DNA from: Callorhinchus milii
Taxonomy: Eukaryota
Assembly: GCF_018977255.1 (NCBI RefSeq)
Contig: NW_024704742.1
Span: 108,874,001 to 108,938,000 of the forward strand
Length of the DNA stretch: 64,000 nucleotides
Direction: 5' to 3'
A program made the position numbers and the translations under genes. Below, piece after piece: positions 12,540-25,008 of the stretch (the stretch's first letter is position 1; the number at the start of each line of letters is the position of its first letter). The notes beneath the pieces were generated by a model. It was not told where the DNA came from, did not search any database, and worked only from the letters and a program-made list of their open reading frames with translations.

Positions 12540-15500
12540 ATCATAGAATCATAGAATTGTATTGTAGAATTGTACAGAACAAAAAGAGGCCATTCGGCCC
12601 ATCGAGTCTGTGCCGGCTCTTTGAATAGAGCAATTAAAGTCAATCCCACTTCCCAGCCCTTTCCCTATAACCCTGCAAACCCGTCCTCCTCAAATACCCA
12701 TCCACCGCGTTTTTAAAAGTAGTTATCAAATCGGCCTCGACCACCCTTTCAGGTAATGCGTTCCAGATTTGAACAATTCGCTGCGTGAAAAAAATTCTTC
12801 TCACCTCCCCTCTGCTTCTTTTAGAGACTATTTTGAATCTGTGACCTCAAGTCACCGACACACTCACCAGTGGAAACAGTTTTTCCCTTTCCAACCTATC
12901 AAATCCCCTCATGATTTTGAAGACCTCTATTAGGTCTCCTCGTAACCGTCTCTGCTCCAATGAGAATAATCCCAGCCTCTCTAGCCCTTCCTCATAATCA
13001 AGGTCCCTTATTCCTGGTACCATCCTCGTAAATCTCCTCTGCACCCTTTACAATGCCTTAACATCCTTCCTATAGTGTGGTGCCCAGAACTGGGCACAGT
13101 ATTCTAACTGAGGCCTAACCAGTGTTTTATATAGGTTAATCATAACCTCCTGACTCTTGTACTCTATGCCCCTATTTATAAAGCCTAGAATCCCATTTGC
13201 CCTTTTTACAGCCTTATCTACCTGTCCTGCCACCTTCAAGGATTCATTTACCTGCACCCTTCGGTCTCTCTGTTCTTTTACCCCCCTTAAGATTGTATTA
13301 CCAGCCTGTATTGCCTCCCCTCATTCTTTCTACCAAAATGCATTACTTCACATTTCTCCACATTGAAACTCATCTGCCATGTGTCTGCCCATTTTACCAT
13401 TCTGTCTATGTCTTCCTGCAGTTGGCTCCTATCCTTCCCACTGTTTACCACACCACCTAACTTTGTGTCGTCCGCAAACTTGGAAATGGTGCTTGCTATA
13501 CCCAAGTCCAGATCATTTATGTATATTGAGAAGAGCAGTTGTCCTAATACCGATCCCTGGGGGACGCCACTGTACACTTCCCTCCAATCAAAAAAGCAGC
13601 CGTTCACCACCACTCTCTGGTTTCTGTCTTCCAAACAGTTCTGGATCCATGCTGCCACTGTCCCTTTTATACCATGGGCTTCTATCTTTCTTACAAGTCT
13701 TTCATGTGGCACTTTGTCAAATGCCTTTTGAAACTCCATATAAACTACATCAACTGCATTACCTTTATCTACCCTCTCCGTTACCTCATCGAAAAATTCT
13801 ATTAGATTTGTTAGACAAGATTTGCCTTCAACAAATCTGTGCTGGCTGTCCCTAATTAACCCATAATCTAAGTGAAGATTTATTCTGTCCCGGATTATAG
13901 TCTCCAGGAGTTTTTTCACTACTGATGTTAGGCTGACTGGCCTGTAGTTCCCAGGTTTGTCCTTCTGTCGTTTTTTGTACAGGGGAGTCATATTGGCCAC
14001 TCTCCAGTCCTCTGGCACCACTCCTGTGTCCAACGAAGATTGAAAAATTGAGGCCAAAGCCTCCACTATTTGTACCCGTGCCTCCCATAGTAACCTTGGT
14101 TGCATTCCGTCTGGACCAGGCGACTTATCTACCTTCAGCGCAGTCAACCTTTTCAGTACTTCCTCTTTGTTTATACTTATCCTATCCATTTCCTCTACCC
14201 TCTTCTCTGATACTGCGGCATTTGGTGCATCCACTTTCTTTGTGAAGACAGATGCAAAGTACTCATTCAGCACATCAGCCATGCCCTCTGCCTCCACAAT
14301 AAGATTTCTCCCTTGGTCCTTAATTGGCCCCACCCTCCCTTTGACTAATCTTTTTTTCCTTGATATGTTTGTAAAATATTTTAGAATTCCCTTTAATGTT
14401 ACGCGCTAACATTTTTTTGTATAATCTTTTTGCCCCTCTTATTTCCTTTTTCAAACCTCTTCTGCACTTCTTATATTCGATTTGGTTGTCTTCTGTATCT
14501 TGGGTTGGACATTTGTCATATGCCTCCTTTTTCTGCTGCATTTTAGATACAATTACTTTCGTCATCCATGGAGGTTTGGAAGCCCTACTTTTCCCTTTTG
14601 TGGGAATGTATCTATTTTGTCCCTGAACTATCTCATCCTTGAAGACTTCCCACTGCTCTTCAGTTGTTTTACCTGCCAATCTTTCTTTCCAGTCCACCTT
14701 GGCTAGCTTCCTTTTTAGCTCACTGAAATTTGCCCTCTTCCAGTTGAATATCTTTACCTTAGATGGTTCCTTGTCTCTTTCCATATGTACTTTGAATCTA
14801 ATGATGTTATGATCACTATTACCCAGATGCTCTCCCACTGAAACCTGCTCCACTTGTGCTACTTCATTCCCCAGAACTAGATCTAGCACTGCTTCCTTCC
14901 TTGTTGGGATGGAAACGTACTGATCAAGAAAGTTGTCCTGTATGCATTTTAGGAATATTTCCCCCTCCTTGCCCTTTGTGCTGTTGTTTTGCCAGTCTTT
15001 GTTGGGATAATTAAAGTCCCCCATTATCACGACTCTATTGGCCTTGCATCTGTCTGAGATCTGCTTGCAGATCTGCTCATCTATTTCCATTCCACTATTT
15101 GGTGGTCTATAGTATACCCCTATCAGCGTAACAGCTCCTTTTTTGTTCCTGAACTCTAACCGGATATATTCCGTTTTGGGGCCCTCCAGCACCTCGACCC
15201 TTTCCACGTTTATAACCGTATCTTTGATTAATATTGCCACAACCCCTCCTTTTTTTCCTTCCCTATCTCTCCTGAATGCATTGTAGCCAGGAATATTCAG
15301 ATCCCATTCCTGTCCTTGCTTGAGCCAAGTCTCTGTTACTGCTACTACATCGTATCTCCCTATGACCACTTGAGCCTGCAGCTCACCAATCTTGTTTGCT
15401 AAACTCCGTGCATTTAGGCACATGCACTCCAAGACCGACTTGACCTGCTCTGCGCTGCCCCCTGTTTTATTTCTCCATTTTCTAGCTCTTCGTTTTTTGC

Positions 15501-15620
15501 ATTCCCTTCCCCCCTCAAAACTAGTTTAAACCCTCCCCAACAGCATTAGATAGCCTGTCTGCAAGCACATTCGCCCCAGCCCTGTTTAGGTGCAACCCAT
15601 CCATATGATACAGGTCCCAA
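12540..15620 (-). mobile_element. CR1 LINE, 5'-truncated: end of ORF1 (SGNH-esterase), near-complete ORF2 (APE + RT) with a few frameshifts, 3' tail
   Basis: ORF1 end DLYHMDGLHLNRAGANVL..GEGLN* (~15525-15617); APE CLNARSL/VTETWL/GVYYRPP/MGDFNYP/NSDHNII (15432-14320); RT NYRPVSLTS/AFDKVPH/GVPQGSVLG/KFADDTK (14333-13287); (TTCTATGA)n-type tail at 12540. Confidence 0.97.
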
Positions 15621-18101
15621 TCCTTTGGATGAAACATTAAAATGTTCCAGTGGTGACGTAATGACCAGGGAACCTGCAAACTCAATTGAATACTCATTTG
15701 AATGGAGACTTAATGTCTATTAGAATGTTCCATGGTATTGTTTCGGTCATTTACACCCCACAGGTAGCAGGAACTGTCTCACTGTTTCAATTAAAGGGTG
15801 TTGTTGTCTGAAGGGGGCCTGATTGGCATGAATACTCATTGTCTGTAAGAATGTGTATTTTGGGATGTCCTCCCGACCTGAAAGGCGCTCTATAAATGTA
15901 ATTCTGTTTTTGTTGTTGTTGTTTTGTAAGTGTGAGAGTACAAGTGGACGGGGGATAAAACACTAGGTATTTGAGCAGGCAGGAGAGTTACAGCTTGGAG
16001 GGGCTTGTAACAAACTAGTGGGTCAGCTCATTCCTCTCAGCAAACCATAAGTGCTAGCATTTTATGTATTACGACTCCAATTTAATTTAAGACTTTGGGG
16101 TGTCGTCAAATTATACGCTTCTGTCCATGAAATATTTTACATTTATTTCAAGAAGTGGGTATTTAAAATTTGCTAATATAAACAGGATACTGGTTTTGTC
16201 CTCCCGACTCGAAAAGCCCCGATTCTAAACAATGAGGCATTGAGTAAAACATACCAAGCTGTGTGACAAAACCGAGGTCCTTTTCAAGAGAACATCCCGT
16301 GGCACCAGCTTGATACCTCTTCCACCCTTTGCTATTCTGAATACCGACATCCATTGGACTTCTCACTAGCAGATCGTGGTTTGCTCCTGTTGGTTAAATG
16401 ACACAAGCACAGAAAACCCAGGGCAGCTATTATTCCCTCAACTGATATTAAACGCAGTGGTCTATAGTTACTTAACTTGCTTTTTCCCTCTATCTTGAAT
16501 AATGGTGGAATATTTACTATCTTTCAGTCCTCTGGTATTTCTTCTGAATCCAAAAATCTTAAAATCACTGTCTTACAACTGAATCGTGCAGAATTTTGGA
16601 AAATTCTTGAACTCAGTATTAATTTGTAAATTAATTTTCCTGCAGGTCTTTTTTAAGAACTGCGAGAAACCAACTGCATTTATGATTTTTCGAATTCTAC
16701 ACAATCTTAAATTTTAAGCCAATAGTCATAAAGCTAAGACCAAGTGAAATGGCATCTCTTGGAAGAGAGGAAGAAAATAAATACATGTTAAAACAAGGCA
16801 AGAGAACTGTTTATTGTTAACAGGGGGAAAAAAAGTTTCATGTAGATTGAATTGTTTAATGAATTAATCCAACAAACAATACTAAGAATCGGCTTTAGAA
16901 ACATAATTAAATTTAGGAGACAAATAGTCCTTTGAGCTAGTGTTACCTGCAGTCTGTTTTAAACATCTGGATCCCATTGAATAGCGTCCAACTTCCCATT
17001 CACATTCCAATGTGTTCATGCAGCCAAATACCCGCCATAGCAGAGAACTTGACCTACTTCTTTTCCACGAAGAAACAGCGGCCGAGTGGAAACAACATCC
17101 CATGTTCTGAGTTAAATCCACACAAAAAAGATTTCCAGGTTAGTGTGGGGTAGTTTTCAAGTAGTACTGAAGTTTTAAAAAGTGAACGTTTGATATCGGC
17201 AAGCTGCTTGTGTAGCTGCTCAGGCGCACTCACTGCAGGGGAAGCTAACATGAAGAAACCACATAAACACAGGGTTTTAACTCCAAGTGAATCAGACTCA
17301 GCAGCCTTTCTTTCAGCAGATTTTCTCTTTGCAGGTTTGCGGGTTCACACGACCTCTTTGCATGTCTTTTTCTGTTGGCCGTTGTCTTATATTAATACTG
17401 TGGCCTACTTGCCAGACTGCTGGTGTAATTTTAACAGGCTTGGAGGTTCCAAATCATATTTATGTCTATGATTTTCCCTGAGTTTAAATTATTAAAATGA
17501 ATACCCACACTGCGAAGAAACAAAAGCTTGCCTGAAATCATTTTAAAGACGTTTACTGTTAAAAGGAATGTTGGCTTGCTTTCTGTTTTCAAGGATATAT
17601 TTCATTCATTATTGGGGCTTTTACACATGTAAAACTGTTATATAACATACAAATTGCAATAAATCTTCGGTTAACATCATATTAAAACAAATACTTTTTT
17701 TTACTTTATTTTTCACTGATCTATTCCCAGTTGGATGCAAACAGCTATAATTTTTTCTAAGCAAAGTGCTTGAGCAATAGGCACTGTTGCAGTAAGTCCA
17801 GCAGTGTCTTAAAGCACTATTTTCATCATTCTATGCAGATGTACTTAGATATTTATTATAGAAGTACTTTGCATCAATTTCCGTCAACTCTCTGAAATTA
17901 GAGAGGGGTGTTTGAAGGGCAAAGCAGAAATCCAGGGGCCATTTTGTCCATGACATGCCTTGTCAATCAGAATAAGGAATAGGGAAACATTTCAAAGCAT
18001 AAACAAAACAAAATGCATTGTGTTGTGTAACTCCACCATTTTAGAAATAATCAAGTATCAGTGCCTGAATGCTGCATTAGTTCTGTCTGAAGACAGCACT
18101 T

Positions 18102-19737
18102 ATAGAATCATAGAATTATACAGCAAAGAAGGAGGCCATTCGGCCCATTGTGTCTGTGCCGGCTCTTTGAAAAGAGCTATCCAATTCACTCCCACTCCCC
18201 CGCGCTCTTCCCATAGCCCTGCAAACTTGTCCTTCCCAAATAATTATCTACCTCTCTCATAAAAGCTGTTATCGAATCGACTTCCACCACCCTTTCAGTC
18301 AATGCATTCCAGATCCGAACAACTCGCTGTGTAAAAAAATGTCTTCTCACCTCCCCTCTGTTTCTTTTAACAACTTTTTTATATCGTTGTCCTCAGGTTA
18401 CCGACCCACCCACCAGTGGAAATAGTTTCTCCCTGTTCACCCTATTGAATCCCTTTATAATTTTGAAAACTACTATTAAATCTCCTCTTAACCTTCTCTG
18501 CTCCAAGGAGAATAATCCTAGTTTCTCTAGTCTCTCCTGATGACTGAAGTCCCTCATTCCTGGTACCATCCTGGTAAATCTCCTTTGCATCCTCTCCAAG
18601 GCCTTGACATCCTTCCTAAAATTTGGTGCTTAGAACTGAACACAGTACTCCAGCTGAGGCCTAAAGCCTAGTATCCCGTATGCTTTTTTAACAGCTTTAT
18701 CTACCTGTCCTGCCACCTTCACAGATTTACTTATCTGAACCCCAGGTCTCTCTGTTCTTTCTCCCCCTTTAAGATTGTACCATCAGCTTATATTGCCTCT
18801 CCTCATTCTTCCTCCCAAAATGCATCATTTTGCATTTCTCCACATTCTCCACATTTCTCCACAAGTTTCCTTACTCCACACGCCTAATAATAATCCCTCC
18901 AAAAAACAAAAACAATAATAAATTGGTCATTTTCAATCTACGACTGTTTGTGGGACATTGCTGTGCGCAATTGGCTGCCGCGTTCGCCCACAAATATACA
19001 GTCAATTCACTTTACAGTGTGTTCTGTGAAGCGCTTTGGGACGTCCTCCCGACGTGAAAAGCGCTATATCAAATGCAAGGATTATTATTATTATTATTAT
19101 TATTATTAAACTTCATCTGCCACGTGTCTGCCCATCTTACCAGTCTGTCTATGTCCTCTTGCAGTCTGCTACTATCCTCCTCACTGTTTACTACTTTTCC
19201 TAGCTTAGTATCATCTGCAATCTTGGAAATTGTACTCCCTATACCCAAGTCCAGGTCATTCATATAGATCAAAAACAGCAGTGGTTCCAATACTGATCCC
19301 TGAGGGACACAACTGTACTCTTCCCGCCAGTCAGAAAAACAACCGTTAACCATTACTCTCTGCTTTCTGTCTCCCAGCCAGTTCTGTATTCATGATGCCA
19401 CTGTCCCTAATACCATGGGCTTCTATTTTGCTTACAAGTCTCTTATGAGGCACTTTATCAAACGCCTTTTGAAAAGCCATATAAACTACAGCAGCTGCAC
19501 CATCTTCAACCACCCTCTCCGTTACTTCATCAAAAAACTCTATCAGTTTGTTAGACATGATTTGCCTTTAACAAATCCATGTTGGTGTCCTTTATTAACC
19601 CATATTTTTCTAAGTGAAAATTTATTTTGTCCCGGATTATCGTCTCTAGAAGTTTCCCCACTACTGATGTTAGGCTGACTGGCTTGTAGTTCCTGGGTTT
19701 ATCCGTCGGCCCCTTTTTGTATGGGTGTAACATTTGC
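18102..19737 (-). mobile_element. CR1 LINE RT/3' fragment interrupted by a SINE
   Basis: NYKPVSLTSVVGKLLE, AFDKVPH, VPQGSVL, KIADDTK, QRRFTRMVPG; tagaatcatagaa tail. Confidence 0.93.
18862..19107 (+). mobile_element. 5'-truncated SINE subfamily A inside CR1
   Basis: Matches the 4295 SINE from caagtttccttactccac onward; (ATT)n tail joins CR1 at aaacttcatctgcc. Confidence 0.92.
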
Positions 19738-20309
19738 TTCTTGAGGCAGAAAGTGAAATGATGTCTCACATTGCCTCCAGTAGAGTTACCATTAATTATG
19801 TCTCCGGTCAGGAGCTAGACAAAGAGTACAGGCTAGCAATGTGGGCTTAGAATTATGAAGTTGCAAGATATGATTTTAGAAACCATTGCATCTCTGAGGG
19901 GGTCATACTGAAGCAGTTGTATTTGTTTTACTGCCAATTCTTTGGATTCTGCCCCACAGTGTAAACTGGATGAATCCACATCCTGCAGCCTTGTGGTGCT
20001 GAGAATGTACTTGTATGGTCCAAATGAGAAGCAGAGTATCTATACTTGCCAAATCAAAATAATGCAATACAAGATGCAATGCAACATAACATGGCTTATA
20101 ATTGGCTATGAATTGAAATATAAGCCACCACATTTAGTTACCTATTTATAACATTTGGATTCTTGCCAATTTGATACCCTCTCGCTCTCATGGACACCGA
20201 ATGCCCTCCAGTGTACCTTACTCAAGTGATGTGGATCAGAGGGAAAGAGTATGGTTAAAGAGAGAATAGAAATAAGTATGATGAAGAGCAAGCCATGTAG
20301 AGTGTATAT

Positions 20310-20590
20310 AATAATAATGCTAATAAACCTTGCATTTGACATAGCGCTTTTCATGTCTTCGAGATGTCTCAAAGCGCTTCACAGAATATACTGTAAAGTG
20401 AATTGACTGTACATTTTAGGATGAAATGCAGCAGCCAATTGTGCACAGCAGTGTCCCACAAACAGTTGTGGATTAAAGTGACCAATTTATTATTATTTTT
20501 TTCTTGAAGGATTATTATCAGGCGTGTAGAATAAGGAAACTTGCCCAAGGTTTCGCCCTGCCGGGAATCAAACTCATGTTTCCGTGGCTT
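20310..20590 (-). mobile_element. tRNA-derived SINE (subfamily B-type tail)
   Basis: cttgcatttgacatagcgcttttcatgtcttcgag...acagcagtgtcccacaaacag...aaggaaacttgcccaagg. Confidence 0.85.
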
Positions 20591-21833
20591 TGCCACACTA
20601 ATATTAATGTTTCTGTCAGAGATGCAGTGCATGAGCTGAAATTTTACAAAAATCAATGTGCCCTCAAACACCAGAATTGCTGCAGACATCCTGGCAGGCA
20701 AAGAGTTAAGATTTGAGCTTGTGGAGAATCAACCCAAATCCAGTTATTGATGAGTCTTAATTTTCCACATGGTAGGTTTTGGGAATGTGATTTACTGATC
20801 CTTTAATGTTTCCACCCAATCCTTCCTATATTCGCAGTATTTTATCAAGTAAGTACATTTTCATAAGAAAGATAGATGGCAGATAGACATATAGAAGATA
20901 ATTGTAAGATTGCTGCAGGACTCACCTTTCCAGTTTTTACAAGTTGGAGATGGCACGCAATACTTTTTCTGAAACATCTTAATTTTTAGAAAGGAATACA
21001 TTACGCAGTCACTGCGTTTTACAGGAAACTCTGAAGTGCTTTGAGACGTATGGACCAGTGAACTGGCCTCAGCAATTCTTTCTGGAAACCTAGTTGAGTC
21101 ATTACCTACCCTTTAGGTGAAGAAAAATTTCCTGGTATCTGTCCTGAAATTGTCTTTTGCAACTCTAAATCTATAAGCCCTTGTTCTATTGTCTTGGTGT
21201 ATCCTAAATTATTGTTGAGGATTTACATTTTCAATTCCACTGAAAATGTTATACATTTCACATCCATGCCTTGACCTGTTCAGCTTTCCGTCAGTCATCT
21301 TGACCCCATCCCTCTTGAATCCAAACCCCACTTCAGGTGCAAACTCTCAACTGTTCAGTGCCTTGGGAAATCCTCCCGATGTGAGAGCGCTATATAAATG
21401 CAATTTGTTGTTGTCATATATCTCTGTAAGGTTTCCCTTGAGACATCTTCTCTCAAGACTGAAGAACCTTACTTTGTCAAATCGTTACTCATAACTCATT
21501 CCTCTAACACCGGGGTTCATGCTCATTGATCTGCTCAGGCACTGCCTCTAGGGCCAGGGCAGCCTCCTTATGTCACAGGGATTATATGGCTTGAGTATGA
21601 TTTCTGCAGATCTAAACTCAACTGATTTAGTAATATAGCACAAATATCTCATCCAAAGAATAGTACTTCTGACAACATAGCATTCAGCTAGTACTGCACT
21701 TGAGTGTTTGCTTGGACTGTAAATTTAACTCTTGACATGGATACCAAACCATGATTTGGGACTTGATCTCACAACCATTAGAGGGAAGAGTTCTATGCTA
21801 AGCCAAATTGCCTACCTCTTTTCACAAAGGTGA

Positions 21834-22277
21834 ATCATAGAATCATAGAAATACACAGCACAGAAGGAGGCCATTCGGCCCATCGTGTCTGTGCTGGCTC
21901 ATTTAAACGAGCTATCCAAATCAATCCCGCTCCCCTGTGCTCTCTGCATAGCTCTGCAAATTTGTTCTCTCCAAATAATTATCTACTTCTCTCTTAAAAG
22001 TTATCAAATCATCTTCCACCACCCTTTCAGACAATGCATTCCAGATCCGAACAACTCGCAGTATGAAAAGATTTCTCCTCACCTCCCCTCTGTTTCTTGG
22101 TTTACCAACCCACCCTCCAGTGGAAATAGTTTCTCCTTGTTCACCCTATCAAATCCCCTCATAATTTTGAAAATTTCTATTAAGTCTCCTCCTAAACCTG
22201 CTCCAAGGAGAATAATCCTAGCTTCTCTAGCCTCTCCTGATAACTGAAGTCCCTCAATCCTGGTACCATCCTGGTAA
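21834..22277 (-). mobile_element. CR1 LINE 3' fragment
   Basis: aatcatagaatcatagaa tail; GDLIEIFKIMRGFDRVNKEKLFPL. Confidence 0.9.
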
Positions 22278-24065
22278 AGGATCCTGGTGAAGCTGAAGAA
22301 ATAAAAAATAAAAACATTTGCAACATTAAAGGAATTTAACACAAGAAAGTGTGGAACACATGATAGCTTTATGTCCAAAAGCCCTGTTGCTTCCAAAGTT
22401 TTCAAGTGTAACATATCCTATTCTGGATTCTACCCGATTTATTTAATCTCTTGAGTAAGGTTGAAAACCACAAATAAAGTGTCCAGGTCGTTAAAGCTTT
22501 GCAAAATGTCTCTTTAACCCCCAAAGGTAAAATTTCATTGAACATTACAATCTACTTATTTAACCATGCCAAACAGCTTGTTCAATGGAATTGTGTTCTG
22601 GGAAAAATTTGATCATCTTTGTTTATACTTAACTTTGTAACCTTCAATTTGTCACAATTCCAGCCATAGGCTGTGTATATTTAGTGAAATGTATCCCTGG
22701 AACCTGAGATTATGTAGCAGAAAAAAACAAATTTCATAGCAATTGGAGATAATAGTTTGCTGTCCACAGTATTTATAAAGGAAACCATGTATTTGAAACA
22801 CTCTGTTTGAAATAGAGGTAAGAATTTTACCAGGATTTCTGACATGTTCATAATAAGTTATTTATGCCACAATAAGTTATTTATGCCACAAATATAATTA
22901 CAATTAGAGTGTTTCACAATTTAACCTTATATATTGACTTTCAGGTTTGTACTGCCATACATTGAAGGAGGGGAGGAAGCAACTCGGAGGGACTCGGAGG
23001 AATAGACCAATGGTTGGGTGGATAGAATATTCTGCTGTCTCGATGCATTCAAAAATATTGTTCTGGGTTTACTTTCTCAATCCCATTCTCAATCTCAATC
23101 AAACTTTGTCTGGCAAGTCAATCTATACTAGAAACAGACAAAGAACTGAGTCCTAACAAATAAAATGATCTTTCTACAAACTCATGCTTAACTAGCGGAA
23201 AATCAATTCTGCACAGTGCACGTTTTTAATTGTTTTTTTTCTTTTCAAATCTTAGTGATGGATAAAAGACGTCTCCTTGTGTTTCTGATTTCATGTCTAA
23301 TCATCATATGTAAGTAACACCATATGATCCTTTTGTAATTTGCTTGTTTTAGAGGATTCCTACTACTCATTTCAGTTGTTTTCATGCTATATCTAAATAA
23401 AGTTGCTAATATAAAAAACATTGAATATAATTTTAAATTCAATGTTAAATTCACTGAGAAATGTGATTGAATAGAAATGAAGCAAACTGATAGTGTTGTG
23501 CTACACTTTTTTATGATTACAACTAAATACATATTTACCTTCCAATTTACTCTCCTCTCCCGTAGATGTTGGGGTATGGGTCCCTGGGCATATTTATAAA
23601 GATGGAGTCATTTTCATTTGTAATTTAGTTTTAAAAGTGGCAGCTATTTTTAAATGAGTATCAACTTGACAGTTACAGCTATTTTTATTAATATTTTTTG
23701 TCAGCTGGATGTCTGACACATGCAGAAACCCATCACCATGCTTAAGAGAAACCAAATCCAATGAGAGTTCCATGCATCCCATGGAAATCCCAGTGTTTGG
23801 AATAGAATATGCACTTTCTCCCTGGAGCGACACACCCTATTAACCTTAATAGTCTCCGGAATTATAGCACCACCCTACCTGTTAGGGCTTTGGCTTCCAG
23901 AGTTAACAAAAGCTGAGTGGTAAGAATCCCTATTCCCAGTGACTGATCTGGACCTCCAAATCCTCCCAGTGGGCCAGGCTGGCACATCTGTCATCAGCAG
24001 TGCCCTGGCATAGTGTGGATGACAAGACTAGAGGGATGACGAGATTCTGACATTCTACTGCCAAG

Positions 24066-24252
24066 CATAAGAACATAAGAACATAAGAACATAAGAACAT
24101 AAGAAATAGGAGCAGGAGTAGGCCATTCGGGCCCTTGAGCCTGCCACACCACTTAATACGATCGTGACTGATTTACTAACCTAATTCCATTTATCCGCCC
24201 TATTCCCATATCCCTTAATCCCTTTAGTTTTAAAAATCTATCGATCTCAGCA
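24066..24252 (-). mobile_element. CR1-type 3' end with (CATAAGAA)5 microsatellite tail
   Basis: cataagaa x5 followed by ataggagcaggagtaggccattcgg. Confidence 0.8.
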
Positions 24253-24392
24253 TATTACTTTGGAGCCAACTGAACTCCAAGGAGACCCCACTTATCTCCC
24301 CCCACCCCCACCCCTTTCCATGAGGTCATTTAACATCTGACAAGTGCAGGTTTGAGTCTTCATTAGGTGGATGGCAGGACCAGGAACTCCTT

Positions 24393-24709
24393 ATAATAAT
24401 AATAATCCTTGCATTTGATATAGCGCTTTTCACATCGGGAGGACATCCCAAAGTGCTTCACAGAACACACTGTAAAGTGAATTGACTGTATATTTGTGGG
24501 CGAACGCAGCAGCCAATTGCGCACATCAATGTCCCACAAACAGTCGTAGATTGAAAATGACCAATTTAATTATTGTTTTTGGTTTTTGGAGGGATTATTA
24601 TTAGGCGTGTGGAGTAAGGAAACTTGCCCAAGGTTTCGCCCTACCTGGAATTGAACTCAGGTCTCTCACTTGCAAAGCGAGTACTCTAACCACTGAGCTA
24701 CAGAACTCC
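24393..24709 (-). mobile_element. tRNA-Ala-derived SINE subfamily A (full length)
   Basis: Reverse complement of the 4295 element; flanked by GAACTCCTT at 24384-24392 and 24703-24711 (candidate TSD overlapping the SINE 5' end). Confidence 0.92.
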
Positions 24710-25008
24710 TTGACAGTTTCCTGGTCAGTAGCTCAGCATGAAATGCGTGAGAACATCTTCCTGCCCTCAGCTCAGAAACACGTCCAATTCCCACTGAGCA
24801 ATGGTTCCACCAATTGGAAGTGAGTAGGTGGATTCTAAGCAAACTCAAACGCCAGATAATGCCTTCCAACAGCCTTCCCAAGCCTCAGATTTTCTTTATC
24901 AGCTATTTGACAGATTTCTGTCTTCAGCATGATGGAAGGACCTTTACAAGGTAGTTTGAGACATGCCAGCCACTTTGATGTTCTCATGAGTATTATTATC
25001 ATTTGCAG

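Larger units (their letters stand above)
23700..24985. repeat. Unclassified interspersed repeat, split by a CR1 tail (24066-24252) and a SINE (24393-24709)
   Basis: Collinear similarity to 41160-42010 and 44597-44990 on both sides of the nested insertions. Confidence 0.7.

Noticed and set aside
17280..17480. Strong acceptor-like ctctttgcAG at ~17334 followed by a hydrophobic stretch (LFACLFLLAVVLY), considered as the GT6 TM exon
   Set aside because: That frame hits a stop immediately, and I found no convincing donor in a compatible phase
20921..20975. Minus-strand donor-like AAG|GTGAGT with a short upstream frame (KKYCVPSPTCKNWK)
   Set aside because: No recognisable homology or partner exons; could be chance
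24066..24105. (CATAAGAA)5 direct repeats, superficially array-like
   Set aside because: No spacers; it is the microsatellite tail of a CR1-type 3' end. No CRISPR is expected or seen in this eukaryotic DNA
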